A program made the translations under genes and the position numbers. A stretch of 64,000 bases of DNA, taken from an uncultured Eubacteriales bacterium. Its GTDB lineage: Bacteria > Bacillota > Clostridia > Oscillospirales > Oscillospiraceae. The notes below the pieces were generated by a model, which was not told where the DNA came from, made no database searches, and was given only the letters and a program-made list of their open reading frames with translations. Below, in pieces: positions 1 to 9,117 of this stretch. Numbering within the stretch: the first letter of the stretch is position 1; each line of letters opens with the position of its first letter. Location: the NCBI GenBank assembly GCA_902477135.1, contig CABSFR010000002.1, positions 9,649 to 73,648 of the forward strand. Reading direction: 5' to 3'.

Positions 1-64
1 TCTGATTTTACGACAAATAATGATTGCATCCGGAAGAAAAACACGCTATCCTATTGACACAGGA

Positions 65-84
65 AATTGGAAACGATTCCAATT
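65..84 (+). promoter_or_regulatory. Near-perfect 20-bp palindrome AATTGGAAACGATTCCAATT matching the cre / LacI-family operator consensus (WTGNAANCGNWNNCW). Sits ~45 bp upstream of the ABC transporter solute-binding gene, downstream of a TTGACA hexamer (54-59)
   Basis: Read directly from the sequence: 18/20 positions palindromic, central CG. A LacI-family regulator is encoded in the same operon (3730-4737). Confidence 0.55.
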
Positions 85-126
85 CCCGCAAACAGCAGAT
101 TGCTGAAGAATTAGGAGGAAAAGAAC

Positions 127-1455
127 ATGAAAAAACTCATCGCTCTGCTCTTGGTCCTGGCTATGGTTGTATGCCTCTTCGTGGGCTGCGCCAAGAAGGA
201 CGACAGCAAGAACACCGAGAAGCCCGCTCAGACGGGCAACGAACAGCCGAATGGCGACGGCGCAAAGGGCTCCGTTTACTTCCTGAACTTTAAGCCGGAA
301 GCAGACGAGGCTTGGAAGGAACTGGCAAAGACCTACGAAGCGCAGACCGGCGTTACCGTGAAGGTCGTTACCGCGGCTTCCGGCACCTACTCCGACACCC
401 TCACCGCTGAAATGGCGAAGGACAGCGCTCCGACCCTCTTCCAGTGCGGCAACATGGCCGGTCTGGAAACCTGGCAGGACTACTGCCTGCCGCTCGACGG
501 CACCGACTTCCTCAACGAGATGACCACCTCCGACTTCAACCTCAAGGGTGCGGACGGCAAGACCTACTGCGCAGGCTACTGCTATGAGGCCTTCGGCATC
601 ATCGTCAACAAGGCTCTGCTGGCCAAGGCCGGCTACGCCGTGGAAGACATCACCGACTTCGCTTCCCTGAAGAAGGTCGCTGAGGACATCCACGCCCGTG
701 CTTCCGAGCTCGGCTTCGATGCGTTCAGCTCCGCCGGTCTGGACGGCTCCTCTTCTTGGCGCTTCTCCGGCCACCTTGCCAATATGCCTCTGTACTATGA
801 GGGTGTCAACGCCGACAGCGCGACCATCAACGGCACCTACCTCAATCTGTACAAGAACGTTTGGGATCTGTACATCAACAATGCGACCTGCGCTCCCACT
901 GAGATCGCTGCCAAGACCGGCGACGAGTCCAGAGCGGAATTTGGCGAAGGCAAGGCTGTCTTCTTCCAGAACGGCACTTGGGAATTTGCCAACCTGACCG
1001 GCAACTATTCCATGAACCCCGACGATCTCGCGATGATCCCCATCTACTGCGGCGCTGAGAACGAGCAGAACTCCGGTCTTGCCTGCGGCACCGAGAACTG
1101 CTGGGCAGTCAACGCGAAGGCTTCCGCTGACGATCAGAAGGCGACCCTCGACTTCCTGTACTGGGTCGTTACCTCCGACGAAGGCACGAAGATGATGGCC
1201 GAGCAGTTTGGCCCCATCCCCTTCAAGAACGCCAAGGAATCCACCAACGTCTTCTTCAACGATGCCAACAAGCTCATGAGCGAAGGTAAGTACACCGTGA
1301 CTTGGGCATTCAACTACACCCCGAACGTTGACGCATGGCGTCAGGGCGTCGTTGATGCGCTGCTGGCTTACTCCACCGCCAATGGTTCTTGGGACGATGT
1401 CGTCAAGGCCTTTGTTGACGGCTGGGCAACCCAGTACAAGCTCCAGAACGGCTAA
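127..1455 (+). CDS. ABC transporter extracellular solute-binding lipoprotein (family 1, sugar/maltodextrin type)
   Basis: Lipoprotein signal peptide MKKLIALLLVLAMVVCLFVGC. RBS AGGAGG 8 nt upstream. Followed by two MalFG-type permeases, a LacI regulator and malQ. Confidence 0.85.
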   Translation: MKKLIALLLVLAMVVCLFVGCAKKDDSKNTEKPAQTGNEQPNGDGAKGSVYFLNFKPEADEAWKELAKTYEAQTGVTVKVVTAASGTYSDTLTAEMAKDSAPTLFQCGNMAGLETWQDYCLPLDGTDFLNEMTTSDFNLKGADGKTYCAGYCYEAFGIIVNKALLAKAGYAVEDITDFASLKKVAEDIHARASELGFDAFSSAGLDGSSSWRFSGHLANMPLYYEGVNADSATINGTYLNLYKNVWDLYINNATCAPTEIAAKTGDESRAEFGEGKAVFFQNGTWEFANLTGNYSMNPDDLAMIPIYCGAENEQNSGLACGTENCWAVNAKASADDQKATLDFLYWVVTSDEGTKMMAEQFGPIPFKNAKESTNVFFNDANKLMSEGKYTVTWAFNYTPNVDAWRQGVVDALLAYSTANGSWDDVVKAFVDGWATQYKLQNG

Positions 1456-1472
1456 TAACGATTTCTGACTCT

Positions 1473-1498
1473 GGGGGCGGGCGCAAGTCCGCCCCCAA
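1473..1498 (+). terminator. GC-rich hairpin (TGGGGGCGGgcgcaagtCCGCCCCCA) between the SBP gene and the permeases. Weak U-tail, so probably a partial terminator / mRNA stabiliser typical of ABC operons
   Basis: Inverted repeat read from the sequence. Confidence 0.4.
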
Positions 1499-1537
1499 AT
1501 TCAAAAGCCGAGGCAGCGGCGGAAGGGAAGAAATTCT

Positions 1538-2860
1538 ATGGGACTGTTTGGAATGGCGTTATGCCTTGTGGGGATCGGTGTCGCCGTGCGCGCACTGCTC
1601 GCCTGTTATGCGCAGGGGCTTCCCCTTTCGCAGCTTTATGACAAATATTTGACCAACGGAAACGCGATGCTGCTCATTCTGGCAGGCCTTGCGTTGATCG
1701 TCGGCGTGATCCTGCTTTTGGTCGGCAGGCGCCGCACGGCAGCCGTGAAGAAGGGCTTCTGCGGCCTGTCGCTCACCCTTGCGGCGGTGATGCTCGGCTT
1801 GCTTTCCTATTACGCCTTCGGTAAGCGGGTCTGTTTCGGATCGTTCAATGCCGGATGGCTCTTTGCCGGACTTGCGGTGCTTGTGCTCGCGGGCGGCATC
1901 GTGCTGATGTGTGCGGATCGCAAGGCGCTCTCTAAGTACCTCAAGGCGCTCTTCTTGGTGCCGAGCGCCAAGAGCGGCTCGCTCAACAGCCGCCTGCTGC
2001 GCCGCCCCATTCAGCGCTGCTTCCCGATCTTTATCGTCCCGACGCTTATCGCGTTCTTTATCGGATTTGTGTATCCCTTCTTCTTGGGACTCTATCGCTC
2101 CTTCTGCAACTTCACTTCGCCGGTCGATTTTCACTACGCCGGTATCGAAAACTATTTTAAGGCCTTCCGAGACGAGGGCTTCCGCCACGCCTTCGGATTT
2201 ACCGCCCTCTACGCGGTCGTTTCGATCGTGATCGTTAACCTCTTCTCCTTTGCCCTTGCCTATGCGCTGACGCAGAAGATCAAGGGCTCCAACCTGTTCC
2301 GCACCGTTTTCTTCATGCCGAACCTCATCGGCGGCATCGTTCTGGGCTACGTCTGGAAGCTCCTGTTCGATGCGATCCTCCGTGCGGCAAACATGGTTCC
2401 TATGCTGACAAATTCCACATACGGCTTCTGGGGCCTTGTCATTTTGGTGGCATGGCAACAGATCGGCTATATGATGATCATTTATATCGCGGGCCTGCAG
2501 GCCGTCCCGACGGATATGCTCGAGGCGGCGAAGATCGACGGCGCGAGCCGCTGGCAGACGCTCTGGCGTGTCACCATTCCCAACGTCATGCCCTCGATCA
2601 CCATCTGCTTCTTCCTCACGCTGACCAACTCCTTCAAGCTCTTCGACCAGAACCTTGCGCTGACGGCCGGTTCTCCCACCGTCCCGGGCAAAAACGTTCT
2701 GCTCACCGAGATGCTTGCCCTGCATATCTACAATACCAATAAGATCAATAACCGCTGGAAGGGAACCGCGCAGGCCGAGGCCGTCATCTTCTTTGTCCTC
2801 GTGGCCGGAATGGCGATCGCCCAGCTTGTCGCAACGCGCAAAAAGGAGGTACAGCAGTAA
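1538..2860 (+). CDS. ABC transporter permease (MalF/UgpA-like) with an extra ~145-aa N-terminal four-helix TM extension
   Basis: EAA-loop motif EAAKIDGASRWQTLWRVTIPNVMPSI. RBS GGAAGGGAAG upstream. Confidence 0.85.
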   Translation: MGLFGMALCLVGIGVAVRALLACYAQGLPLSQLYDKYLTNGNAMLLILAGLALIVGVILLLVGRRRTAAVKKGFCGLSLTLAAVMLGLLSYYAFGKRVCFGSFNAGWLFAGLAVLVLAGGIVLMCADRKALSKYLKALFLVPSAKSGSLNSRLLRRPIQRCFPIFIVPTLIAFFIGFVYPFFLGLYRSFCNFTSPVDFHYAGIENYFKAFRDEGFRHAFGFTALYAVVSIVIVNLFSFALAYALTQKIKGSNLFRTVFFMPNLIGGIVLGYVWKLLFDAILRAANMVPMLTNSTYGFWGLVILVAWQQIGYMMIIYIAGLQAVPTDMLEAAKIDGASRWQTLWRVTIPNVMPSITICFFLTLTNSFKLFDQNLALTAGSPTVPGKNVLLTEMLALHIYNTNKINNRWKGTAQAEAVIFFVLVAGMAIAQLVATRKKEVQQ

Positions 2861-3723
2861 TGGAACGGATGCCGCTGAAAAAGAAAAAACGGGACGTCGG
2901 CGGGACGATCCTCACCGTCCTGTTTGTACTCGTCTGCCTGTTTTACCTCTATCCGATCATTCTTGTCTTCATCAATGCCTTTAAGAAAGAATCCTCCATC
3001 AACCTGCACACCTTCGCGCTGCCCACCGGAAAGACCTTTGCCGGACTGGACAACTTTGTCACCGGTGTGACGGTCGGCGACTATCCGTTCTATAAATCCC
3101 TGATCTTCAGCATGATCATCACGGTTCTCTCCGTGGCGCTCATCCTCCTGTGCACCTCCATGGCGGCGTGGTACATCTCCCGTGTGGGCAGCCGCTTCAC
3201 GAAGATCTTCTACTTTGCCTGCATCTTCTCCATGGTCGTGCCGTTCCAGATGGTCATGTTCCCGCTGGTCGATGTTTCGACCAAGCTCAAGCTCAACACC
3301 CCGTGGACGATCCCCATCGTCTACCTCGGCTTCGGCGCGGGTCTTGCGATCTTCATGTTCTCCGGCTTTGTCAAGAGCCTGCCGCTCGAGATCGAAGAGG
3401 CGGCGGCCATCGACGGCTGCGGCCCGATGCGCACCTTCTTCAGCGTGGTGCTGCCCATGCTCCGCCCGACGCTGATCTCCGTCGGCATTCTGGAGACCAT
3501 GTGGGTCTGGAACGACTACCTCCTGCCCAGACTTGTGCTGGACATCACCGAGTACCGCACCATTCCCATCCATGTGCAGTATTTGCAGGGCAGCTACGGC
3601 AAGGTGGACATGGGCGCGAGCATGGCCGTTATGGTCTTCAGCCTCCTGCCGATCATCATTGTCTACCTCTTCTGCCAGAAGTATATCATCAAGGGCGTCG
3701 CTGCGGGCGCGGTCAAGGGCTGA
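2860..3723 (+). CDS. ABC transporter permease (MalG/UgpE-like)
   Basis: EAA motif EEAAAIDGCGPMRTFFSVVLPMLRPTLI. Start overlaps the previous stop. Confidence 0.85.
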   Translation: MERMPLKKKKRDVGGTILTVLFVLVCLFYLYPIILVFINAFKKESSINLHTFALPTGKTFAGLDNFVTGVTVGDYPFYKSLIFSMIITVLSVALILLCTSMAAWYISRVGSRFTKIFYFACIFSMVVPFQMVMFPLVDVSTKLKLNTPWTIPIVYLGFGAGLAIFMFSGFVKSLPLEIEEAAAIDGCGPMRTFFSVVLPMLRPTLISVGILETMWVWNDYLLPRLVLDITEYRTIPIHVQYLQGSYGKVDMGASMAVMVFSLLPIIIVYLFCQKYIIKGVAAGAVKG

Positions 3724-3729
3724 GACACG

Positions 3730-4737
3730 ATGACGATCAAGGATCTTGCCCGCGAAACGGGGTACTCCATCGGTACCGTTTCTCGCGCCCTCAATGACCA
3801 TCCGAACGTCAGCGACAAGGCGCGCAAAACGATCCTTGCAGCCGTGGAACGGTACGGTTTTTCCGTCAATGCCAATGCGAAAAACCTGAAACAGCAGCGC
3901 TCCAAGAGCATCATCGCCATCGTCAAGGGCACGTCGAACGATCTTTTTGCCGCGATGGTCGAGCAGATGCAGAAGCTCTTTTACGACTCAAAATACGAAC
4001 TGATCACGGACTATATCGACGAGGACGACAACGAGGTGCGCCGCGCGGTGCAGCTGTGCGCCGAGCGCAAGCCGCTGGGGGTGCTCTTCCTCGGCGGCAG
4101 CAACCGCAACTTCCGGACGGATTTTCAAAAGATCTCCGTCCCCTGCGTCATCGTCACGAACGACGCGCGCGAGCTGCACCTTTCCGGACTGTCGAGCGTC
4201 AGCACCGACGATCGTGCGGCCGCGCGCTGCGCGGTCGATCGCCTGTTCCGCAGCGGCCACCGGCGCATTGCGCTGCTTGGCGGCGGCGACCGTTCCGATA
4301 CGTCCCACCTGCGCTACCTCGGTTGGGCGGACAGCTGCGAAGCGCACGGCGTCGCGCCGGAGCGGCTGCCCTGCACGCCGACGCGCTATTCCTATCAGGG
4401 CGGCTATCTTGCCATGCGCGAGGTGCTCAAGCGCAGCCCCGACGTCACGGCGGCCTTCGCCGTGGCGGACGTCGTCGCCATCGGCGCGATGCGCGCGATC
4501 CGCGAGGCGGGCAAGCACGTTCCGGAGGACGTCTCTGTGGTCGGCTTCGACGGCTTGCAGATCGGGGCGTATATGTCTCCGCAGCTGACTTCCGTCCGTC
4601 AGGATATTCGGCAGCTTGCCGTTCGCAGCGTCCGCATCCTGACCGATTGCATTGAAAACGGCCGCAGCGCACGCCATGAGACGGTCGAGTTTAGCCTGAT
4701 TGAGGGCGAAAGCGTTGCATCGCCAAAGGAAAAATGA
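3730..4737 (+). CDS. LacI-family transcriptional regulator (maltose/maltodextrin operon repressor-like)
   Basis: N-terminal HTH MTIKDLARETGYSIGTVSRALN and a periplasmic-binding-protein-like sugar-binding core. Confidence 0.85.
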   Translation: MTIKDLARETGYSIGTVSRALNDHPNVSDKARKTILAAVERYGFSVNANAKNLKQQRSKSIIAIVKGTSNDLFAAMVEQMQKLFYDSKYELITDYIDEDDNEVRRAVQLCAERKPLGVLFLGGSNRNFRTDFQKISVPCVIVTNDARELHLSGLSSVSTDDRAAARCAVDRLFRSGHRRIALLGGGDRSDTSHLRYLGWADSCEAHGVAPERLPCTPTRYSYQGGYLAMREVLKRSPDVTAAFAVADVVAIGAMRAIREAGKHVPEDVSVVGFDGLQIGAYMSPQLTSVRQDIRQLAVRSVRILTDCIENGRSARHETVEFSLIEGESVASPKEK

Positions 4738-4747
4738 GGTTGTTTTT

Positions 4748-6211
4748 ATGCGTGAAAGCGGTGTTTTGCTCCACCTTTCGTCGCTGCCGTCCCCTTGGGG
4801 CATCGGCACGATGGGAGCGGAAGCCTATAGCTTTATTGATTTTCTTCGCCGTTCCGGCCAGCGCTGCTGGCAGCTCCTGCCGCTGTATCCCACGGGCTAC
4901 GGCAATTCGCCCTATCAGTGCCTTTCCACCTTTGCGGGGAACCCTTATCTGATCGACCTGCGGCAGCTTGTGCAGGAGGGACTGCTCCTTGCCGACGAGC
5001 CGGAGGCTTACGACTGGGGCAGCGACGAGCGCCGCGTCGATTTCGGCGCGCTCTACCGCAACCGTTTGGCGCTGCTGCGCGTTGCGCACTCCCGCTTCCG
5101 CCCGACGGCGGAGTATGAGGCCTTTTGCAGCGGCCATTCGTGGCTGCGGGACTACGCGCTGTATATGGCGCTCAAGGATCATTTCGGTGCGCAGCCTTGG
5201 ACGCAGTGGGACGCACCCTACCGCAACCGCGACGCACGCACGCTGCGCGTCTTTGCCGACGAAAACGCGGACACGTTGGATTTTTACTGCTTTACGCAGT
5301 ATCTTTTCTTCCGCCAGTGGAAGGCGCTGCGCGCCTACGCCGCCGCGCAGGGGATCAGCCTGATCGGCGATGTGCCGATCTACGTCCCGCTGGACAGCGC
5401 CGACGTCTGGGCGGAGCCGCAGTGGTTCCAGCTCACGCGCGACGGCACGCCGGCGGCGGTCGCGGGCTGCCCGCCGGACTCCTTTAACGCCAACGGCCAG
5501 CTCTGGGGCAACCCTCTCTATGACTGGGCGCGGATGGAAAAGGACGGGTTTTCTTGGTGGATCCGCCGCCTGCGCGCGGCGGCAAGCTGCTACGACCGCA
5601 TCCGCTTGGATCATTTCCGCGGGCTGGAGAGCTATTGGTCGGTGCCGTGGGGCGCGGCCTCCGCGCGCTTTGGCCGCTGGGTCAAAGGCCCGGGCGCGGC
5701 GCTGATCGACGCGATCCGTGCCGCCCTGCCGGAGGTGCGCTTCATCGCGGAGGATCTTGGCTTCCTGACGCCGGAGGTGCGGGAGCTGCTGCGGCATTCC
5801 GGCTTCCCCGGCATGAAGGTGCTGGAGTTTGCCTTTGACCCGCGCGAACCGGGCAATTATCTGCCCGATACCTATACGGAAAACAGCGCCTGCTATACCG
5901 GCACGCACGACAACGAAACGCTGGCCGGGTGGCTGTGCCTCGCGACGCCGGAGGTGCTCGAAACGGCGCGCACCTATCTCAAAGTTACGCCGCAGGACGA
6001 TCTGCGCCGCGCGATCCTGCGCTGCGGCGCGCAGTGCGCCTCCGATCTGTTTATGGCACAGATGCAGGACTACCTCGGCTTGGACGCGCGCATGAACCGT
6101 CCGGGCACGACCGACGCGGAGAATTGGGTCTGGCGGCTGCGCCGCGGCGAACTGACCGACGCAGTAGCGCAGGAGATGCGCGAGCTTGCCGTGCTCGGAA
6201 ACAGAACTTGA
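4748..6211 (+). CDS. malQ: 4-alpha-glucanotransferase (amylomaltase, GH77)
   Basis: MRESGVLLHLSSLPSPWGIGTMG N-terminus and DHFRGLESYW catalytic region. Start chosen at the ATG 8 nt after RBS AAGGAAAAATGAGG (the track ORF begins 48 nt earlier). Confidence 0.85.
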   Translation: MRESGVLLHLSSLPSPWGIGTMGAEAYSFIDFLRRSGQRCWQLLPLYPTGYGNSPYQCLSTFAGNPYLIDLRQLVQEGLLLADEPEAYDWGSDERRVDFGALYRNRLALLRVAHSRFRPTAEYEAFCSGHSWLRDYALYMALKDHFGAQPWTQWDAPYRNRDARTLRVFADENADTLDFYCFTQYLFFRQWKALRAYAAAQGISLIGDVPIYVPLDSADVWAEPQWFQLTRDGTPAAVAGCPPDSFNANGQLWGNPLYDWARMEKDGFSWWIRRLRAAASCYDRIRLDHFRGLESYWSVPWGAASARFGRWVKGPGAALIDAIRAALPEVRFIAEDLGFLTPEVRELLRHSGFPGMKVLEFAFDPREPGNYLPDTYTENSACYTGTHDNETLAGWLCLATPEVLETARTYLKVTPQDDLRRAILRCGAQCASDLFMAQMQDYLGLDARMNRPGTTDAENWVWRLRRGELTDAVAQEMRELAVLGNRT

Positions 6212-6217
6212 CGGTCT

Positions 6218-6254
6218 GAGGCGTCAGGCAAACTGCCTGACGCCTTTATTTCAT
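6218..6254 (+). terminator. Rho-independent terminator after malQ (GAGGCGTCAGGCaaaCTGCCTGACGCCTT + TTATTTCAT)
   Basis: Perfect 12-bp stem followed by a T-rich run. Confidence 0.7.
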
Positions 6255-6257
6255 GGA

Positions 6258-6288
6258 AAGAGCCGCCTCCCGAAGGAGGCGGCTCGTC
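6258..6288 (-). terminator. Hairpin GAGCCGCCTCCcgaaGGAGGCGGCTC just 3' of trpB2 on the minus strand
   Basis: 11-bp perfect stem. Moderate U-tract on the minus strand. Confidence 0.5.
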
Positions 6289-6291
6289 ATT

Positions 6292-7653
6292 TTAGAACTT
6301 AGGCAGCTTGGCGAGGCTCTTTGCGATGTCCTCGTCGGTCGGAATGCTGTCGGTCATCGTGCCGTCATTGAAGTTCTTGTAGGCATAGAGGTCAAAGTAG
6401 CCCGTGCCGGTCAGGCCGAAGAGAATGTTTTTCGCTTCGCCCGTTTCGCGGCAGCGGATCGCCTCGTCGATGGCGACCTTGATGGCGTGACTGCTCTCCG
6501 GCGCGGGCAGAATGCCCTCCGAACGTGCAAATTCCTCCGCAGCGGCAAAGACCGCCGTCTGCTCGACGCTCGTCGCCTCCAGATAGCCGTCGGCATAGAG
6601 CTGCGAGATGATGCCGCTCATGCCGTGGTAGCGCAGGCCGCCCGCATGGTTGGGGGAGGGAATGAAGCTGCTGCCCAGCGTGTACATCTTTTGCAGCGGG
6701 CAGACCATGCCGGTGTCGCAGAAGTCGTAGGCATAGACGCCGCGTGTCATCGAGGGGCAGGAGGCAGGCTCGACCGCGATGATGCGCATATCCGCTTCGC
6801 CGCGCAGCTTCTGCCCGACGAAGGGCGCGATCAGACCGCCTAAATTGGAGCCGCCGCCCGCGCAGCCGATCACGATGTCGGGACGGATGCCGTATTTGTC
6901 CATCGCGGTCTTGCATTCCAGACCGATGACCGACTGATGCAGCAGAACCTGAGACAGGACGCTGCCGAGAACGTAGCGATAGCCGTCGAGCTTTGTTGCC
7001 GTCTCGACCGCCTCCGAGATCGCGCAGCCGAGCGAGCCGTTCGTGTTCGGGAAGCGCTCCAAGATCTGGCGGCCGACCTGCGTCGTGTCGGAGGGAGAGG
7101 GTGTCACGCTTGCGCCATAGGTGCGCATGACCTCGCGGCGGAAGGGCTTCTGCTCATAGGAGACCTTGACCATATAGACGCGGCAGTCCAGATCGAAGTA
7201 GGCGCACGCCATGGAAAGCGCGGTGCCCCACTGACCGGCGCCGGTCTCGGTGGTCACGCCGCGCAGCCCCTGCTTCTTGGCATAGTAGGCCTGCGCGATG
7301 GCGGAGTTGAGCTTGTGGCTGCCGGAGGTGTTGTTGCCCTCAAATTTGTAGTAAATGTGCGCGGGGGTGTTGAGCTTCTTTTCCAGACAGTAGGCGCGCA
7401 CCAGCGGCGACGGGCGATACATCCGGTAAAAGTCCCGAATTTCCTGCGGGATCGGGAGATAGGGTGTGTCGCAGTCCAGCTCCTGCTGCGCAAGCTCGCG
7501 GCAAAAAACGCCGGAAAGCTCGTCGAGCGTCATCGGCTCGTGCGTCGCGGGATTGAGCAGGGGTGCGGGCTTCGTTTTCATGTCGGCGCGGACGTTGTAC
7601 CATGCGCGCGGCAGCTCCGATTCTTCCAGATAGATCTTGTAGGGGATTTCCAT
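6292..7653 (-). CDS. trpB: TrpB2-type tryptophan synthase beta-like PLP enzyme (stand-alone, no trpA nearby)
   Basis: ~450-aa TrpB2-length protein (MEIPYKIYLEESELPRAWYNVRADM...) with the PLP-binding fold. RBS AAAGGAGC 7 nt before the ATG at 7653. Confidence 0.8.
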   Translation of the reverse strand: MEIPYKIYLEESELPRAWYNVRADMKTKPAPLLNPATHEPMTLDELSGVFCRELAQQELDCDTPYLPIPQEIRDFYRMYRPSPLVRAYCLEKKLNTPAHIYYKFEGNNTSGSHKLNSAIAQAYYAKKQGLRGVTTETGAGQWGTALSMACAYFDLDCRVYMVKVSYEQKPFRREVMRTYGASVTPSPSDTTQVGRQILERFPNTNGSLGCAISEAVETATKLDGYRYVLGSVLSQVLLHQSVIGLECKTAMDKYGIRPDIVIGCAGGGSNLGGLIAPFVGQKLRGEADMRIIAVEPASCPSMTRGVYAYDFCDTGMVCPLQKMYTLGSSFIPSPNHAGGLRYHGMSGIISQLYADGYLEATSVEQTAVFAAAEEFARSEGILPAPESSHAIKVAIDEAIRCRETGEAKNILFGLTGTGYFDLYAYKNFNDGTMTDSIPTDEDIAKSLAKLPKF

Positions 7654-7679
7654 GGTTCTTGCTCCTTTCAAAAATGGGT

Positions 7680-8010
7680 CGGGAAAGGATAAAAAAATCC
7701 TGTCCCAGAAAAATTGCTGGGACAGGAATAAAATCTTCCTGCGGTGCCACCCGGCTTGGCGCTTGCGCGCCCGCTCATGCGTACCTGCATACGCTGACCT
7801 TGTTAACGAAGGGTCGGCTCCGTCTTGCCTACTTGCTTCAGCTTGCCCTCAGGCGCCCATTCGGCATCCGCGTCCATACCGCACTCCCACCAACGGCGGC
7901 TCTCTGTGATTTTCGCAAAACGCTTACTTACGCGCCTTCAACGGTTTACCGTATTAAACCACAGCGCGGGTCGTTTGTCAAGACCCTCCGGCCGCATTTT
8001 TTCGCTTTGG
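7680..8010 (-). promoter_or_regulatory. T-box riboswitch leader (probable tRNA-Trp) controlling trpB2. T-box motif CCGGGUGGCACCGC (complement of 7751-7764). A 10-bp perfect terminator stem CCUGUCCCAG/CUGGGACAGG (7709-7736) plus a U7 tract (7701-7707) lies immediately before the RBS
   Basis: Minus-strand RNA read directly from the sequence: ...AAGCGCCAAGCCGGGUGGCACCGCAGGAAGAUUUUAUUCCUGUCCCAGCAAUUUUUCUGGGACAGGAUUUUUUUAUCC. The GGGUGGNACCGCG consensus is matched. The downstream amino-acid biosynthesis gene fits. Confidence 0.7.
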
Positions 8011-8029
8011 TAAAAATGTAAATTTGGGA

Positions 8030-8060
8030 CTGGAAAAGCGTTGCTTTATGGTGTATAATG
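8030..8060 (+). promoter_or_regulatory. Extended -10 promoter (TGtTATAAT at 8052-8060) for the adenosine-deaminase-family gene
   Basis: TGnTATAAT read from the sequence; the -35 is poor. Confidence 0.4.
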
Positions 8061-8092
8061 ATAGGAAAAAGGATACCATGGGAGGAGAACTT

Positions 8093-9067
8093 ATGTATCA
8101 GGGAAAGGTCGACCTGCATCTGCATCTGGACGGATCGCTGTCGGAGCAGGTCGTTTTTGAATTGGCGCAGCGCGGCGGATTTCCGATGACCATGCAGGAG
8201 ATCTGCGATGCGATCTACGTTCCGGAAAACTGCACCGATCTTGTCGAGTACTTAAAGCGCTTCGAGCTGCCCACGCGCGTGCTGCAAACACCCTACGCGC
8301 TGGAATACAGCGCCTTTGAGCTGGTCGGCCGTCTGGCGCGGCAGGGACTGGTCTATGCCGAGATCCGCTTTGCTCCGCAGCTGCACACCCGTCAGGGCAT
8401 GACGCAGAGCGAGGTGGTGCGCAGCGTTCTGCGCGGCGTGCGGCAGGCGCAGGAGGCCAATCCGTCCATTCGCGCGGGCGTCCTGCTGTGCGCGATGCTG
8501 GGCAGCGACCGGCAGACCAACGAGCAGATCGTGCCGCTGGCCGCCGACTTTGCGGGACAGGGTGTCGTGGGCGTCGACCTTGCGGGTGCAGAAGACGTTT
8601 ATCCGATCGAGGACTACGCGCCCATCTTCCGCGAGGCCTACCGCGAGCAGATCCCCTTCACGCTGCATGCGGGCGAGCGCGGCAACGCGGAAAATGTCCG
8701 CAAGGCGGTCGAGCTTGGTGCGCGCCGCGTGGGACACGGCTGCGGCGCCATCCGCAGCGAGGCTTGCATGGAGCTTCTCCGGCGCGAGCGCATCGTGATC
8801 GAGACCTGCCCCGTCAGCAACCTGCACACGAAGATCGTTGCCCGCCCCGAGCAGCATCCGATCGCGGAATTCTTCCACCGCGGCCTTGCCGTCACGGTGA
8901 ACACCGACAACATGACCTGCTCCAATACGACCCTCAAGCGTGAGCACGAAGTACTCTTCAACGCGTTCCATTTCAGTGACGAAGACTTCCGGCTGATGGA
9001 CAGAAACGCCATCGGCGGCGCGTTCCTGCCGGAGGCAGAGAAGCCCGCGCTGTTGGAAAAACTTTGA
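8093..9067 (+). CDS. add: Adenosine/adenine deaminase family metallo-hydrolase. The usual SxNTDDP signature reads TVNTDNM here
   Basis: VDLHLHLDGS zinc-binding N-terminus and a TIM-barrel-length protein. Start at the ATG 8 nt after RBS GGGAGGAG (the track ORF starts 69 nt earlier). Confidence 0.75.
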   Translation: MYQGKVDLHLHLDGSLSEQVVFELAQRGGFPMTMQEICDAIYVPENCTDLVEYLKRFELPTRVLQTPYALEYSAFELVGRLARQGLVYAEIRFAPQLHTRQGMTQSEVVRSVLRGVRQAQEANPSIRAGVLLCAMLGSDRQTNEQIVPLAADFAGQGVVGVDLAGAEDVYPIEDYAPIFREAYREQIPFTLHAGERGNAENVRKAVELGARRVGHGCGAIRSEACMELLRRERIVIETCPVSNLHTKIVARPEQHPIAEFFHRGLAVTVNTDNMTCSNTTLKREHEVLFNAFHFSDEDFRLMDRNAIGGAFLPEAEKPALLEKL

Positions 9068-9070
9068 TTG

Positions 9071-9117
9071 TAAAAGCAGCGCTGCCTCCCAAAGGAGGCG
9101 GCGCTGCTTCTTATTTT
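9071..9117. terminator. Bidirectional rho-independent terminator (AAGCAGCGCTGCCTCCcaaaGGAGGCGGCGCTGCTT + TCTTATTTTG) shared by add (+) and the yjjB-like gene (-)
   Basis: 16-bp stem with T/A runs on both sides. Confidence 0.7.

Noticed and set aside
1559-5908. Minus-strand ORFs 1559..2725, 2728..3801, 3988..4809, 4691..5908 antisense to the ABC permeases, LacI and malQ
   Set aside because: GC-rich antisense artefacts; the sense genes have clear family motifs
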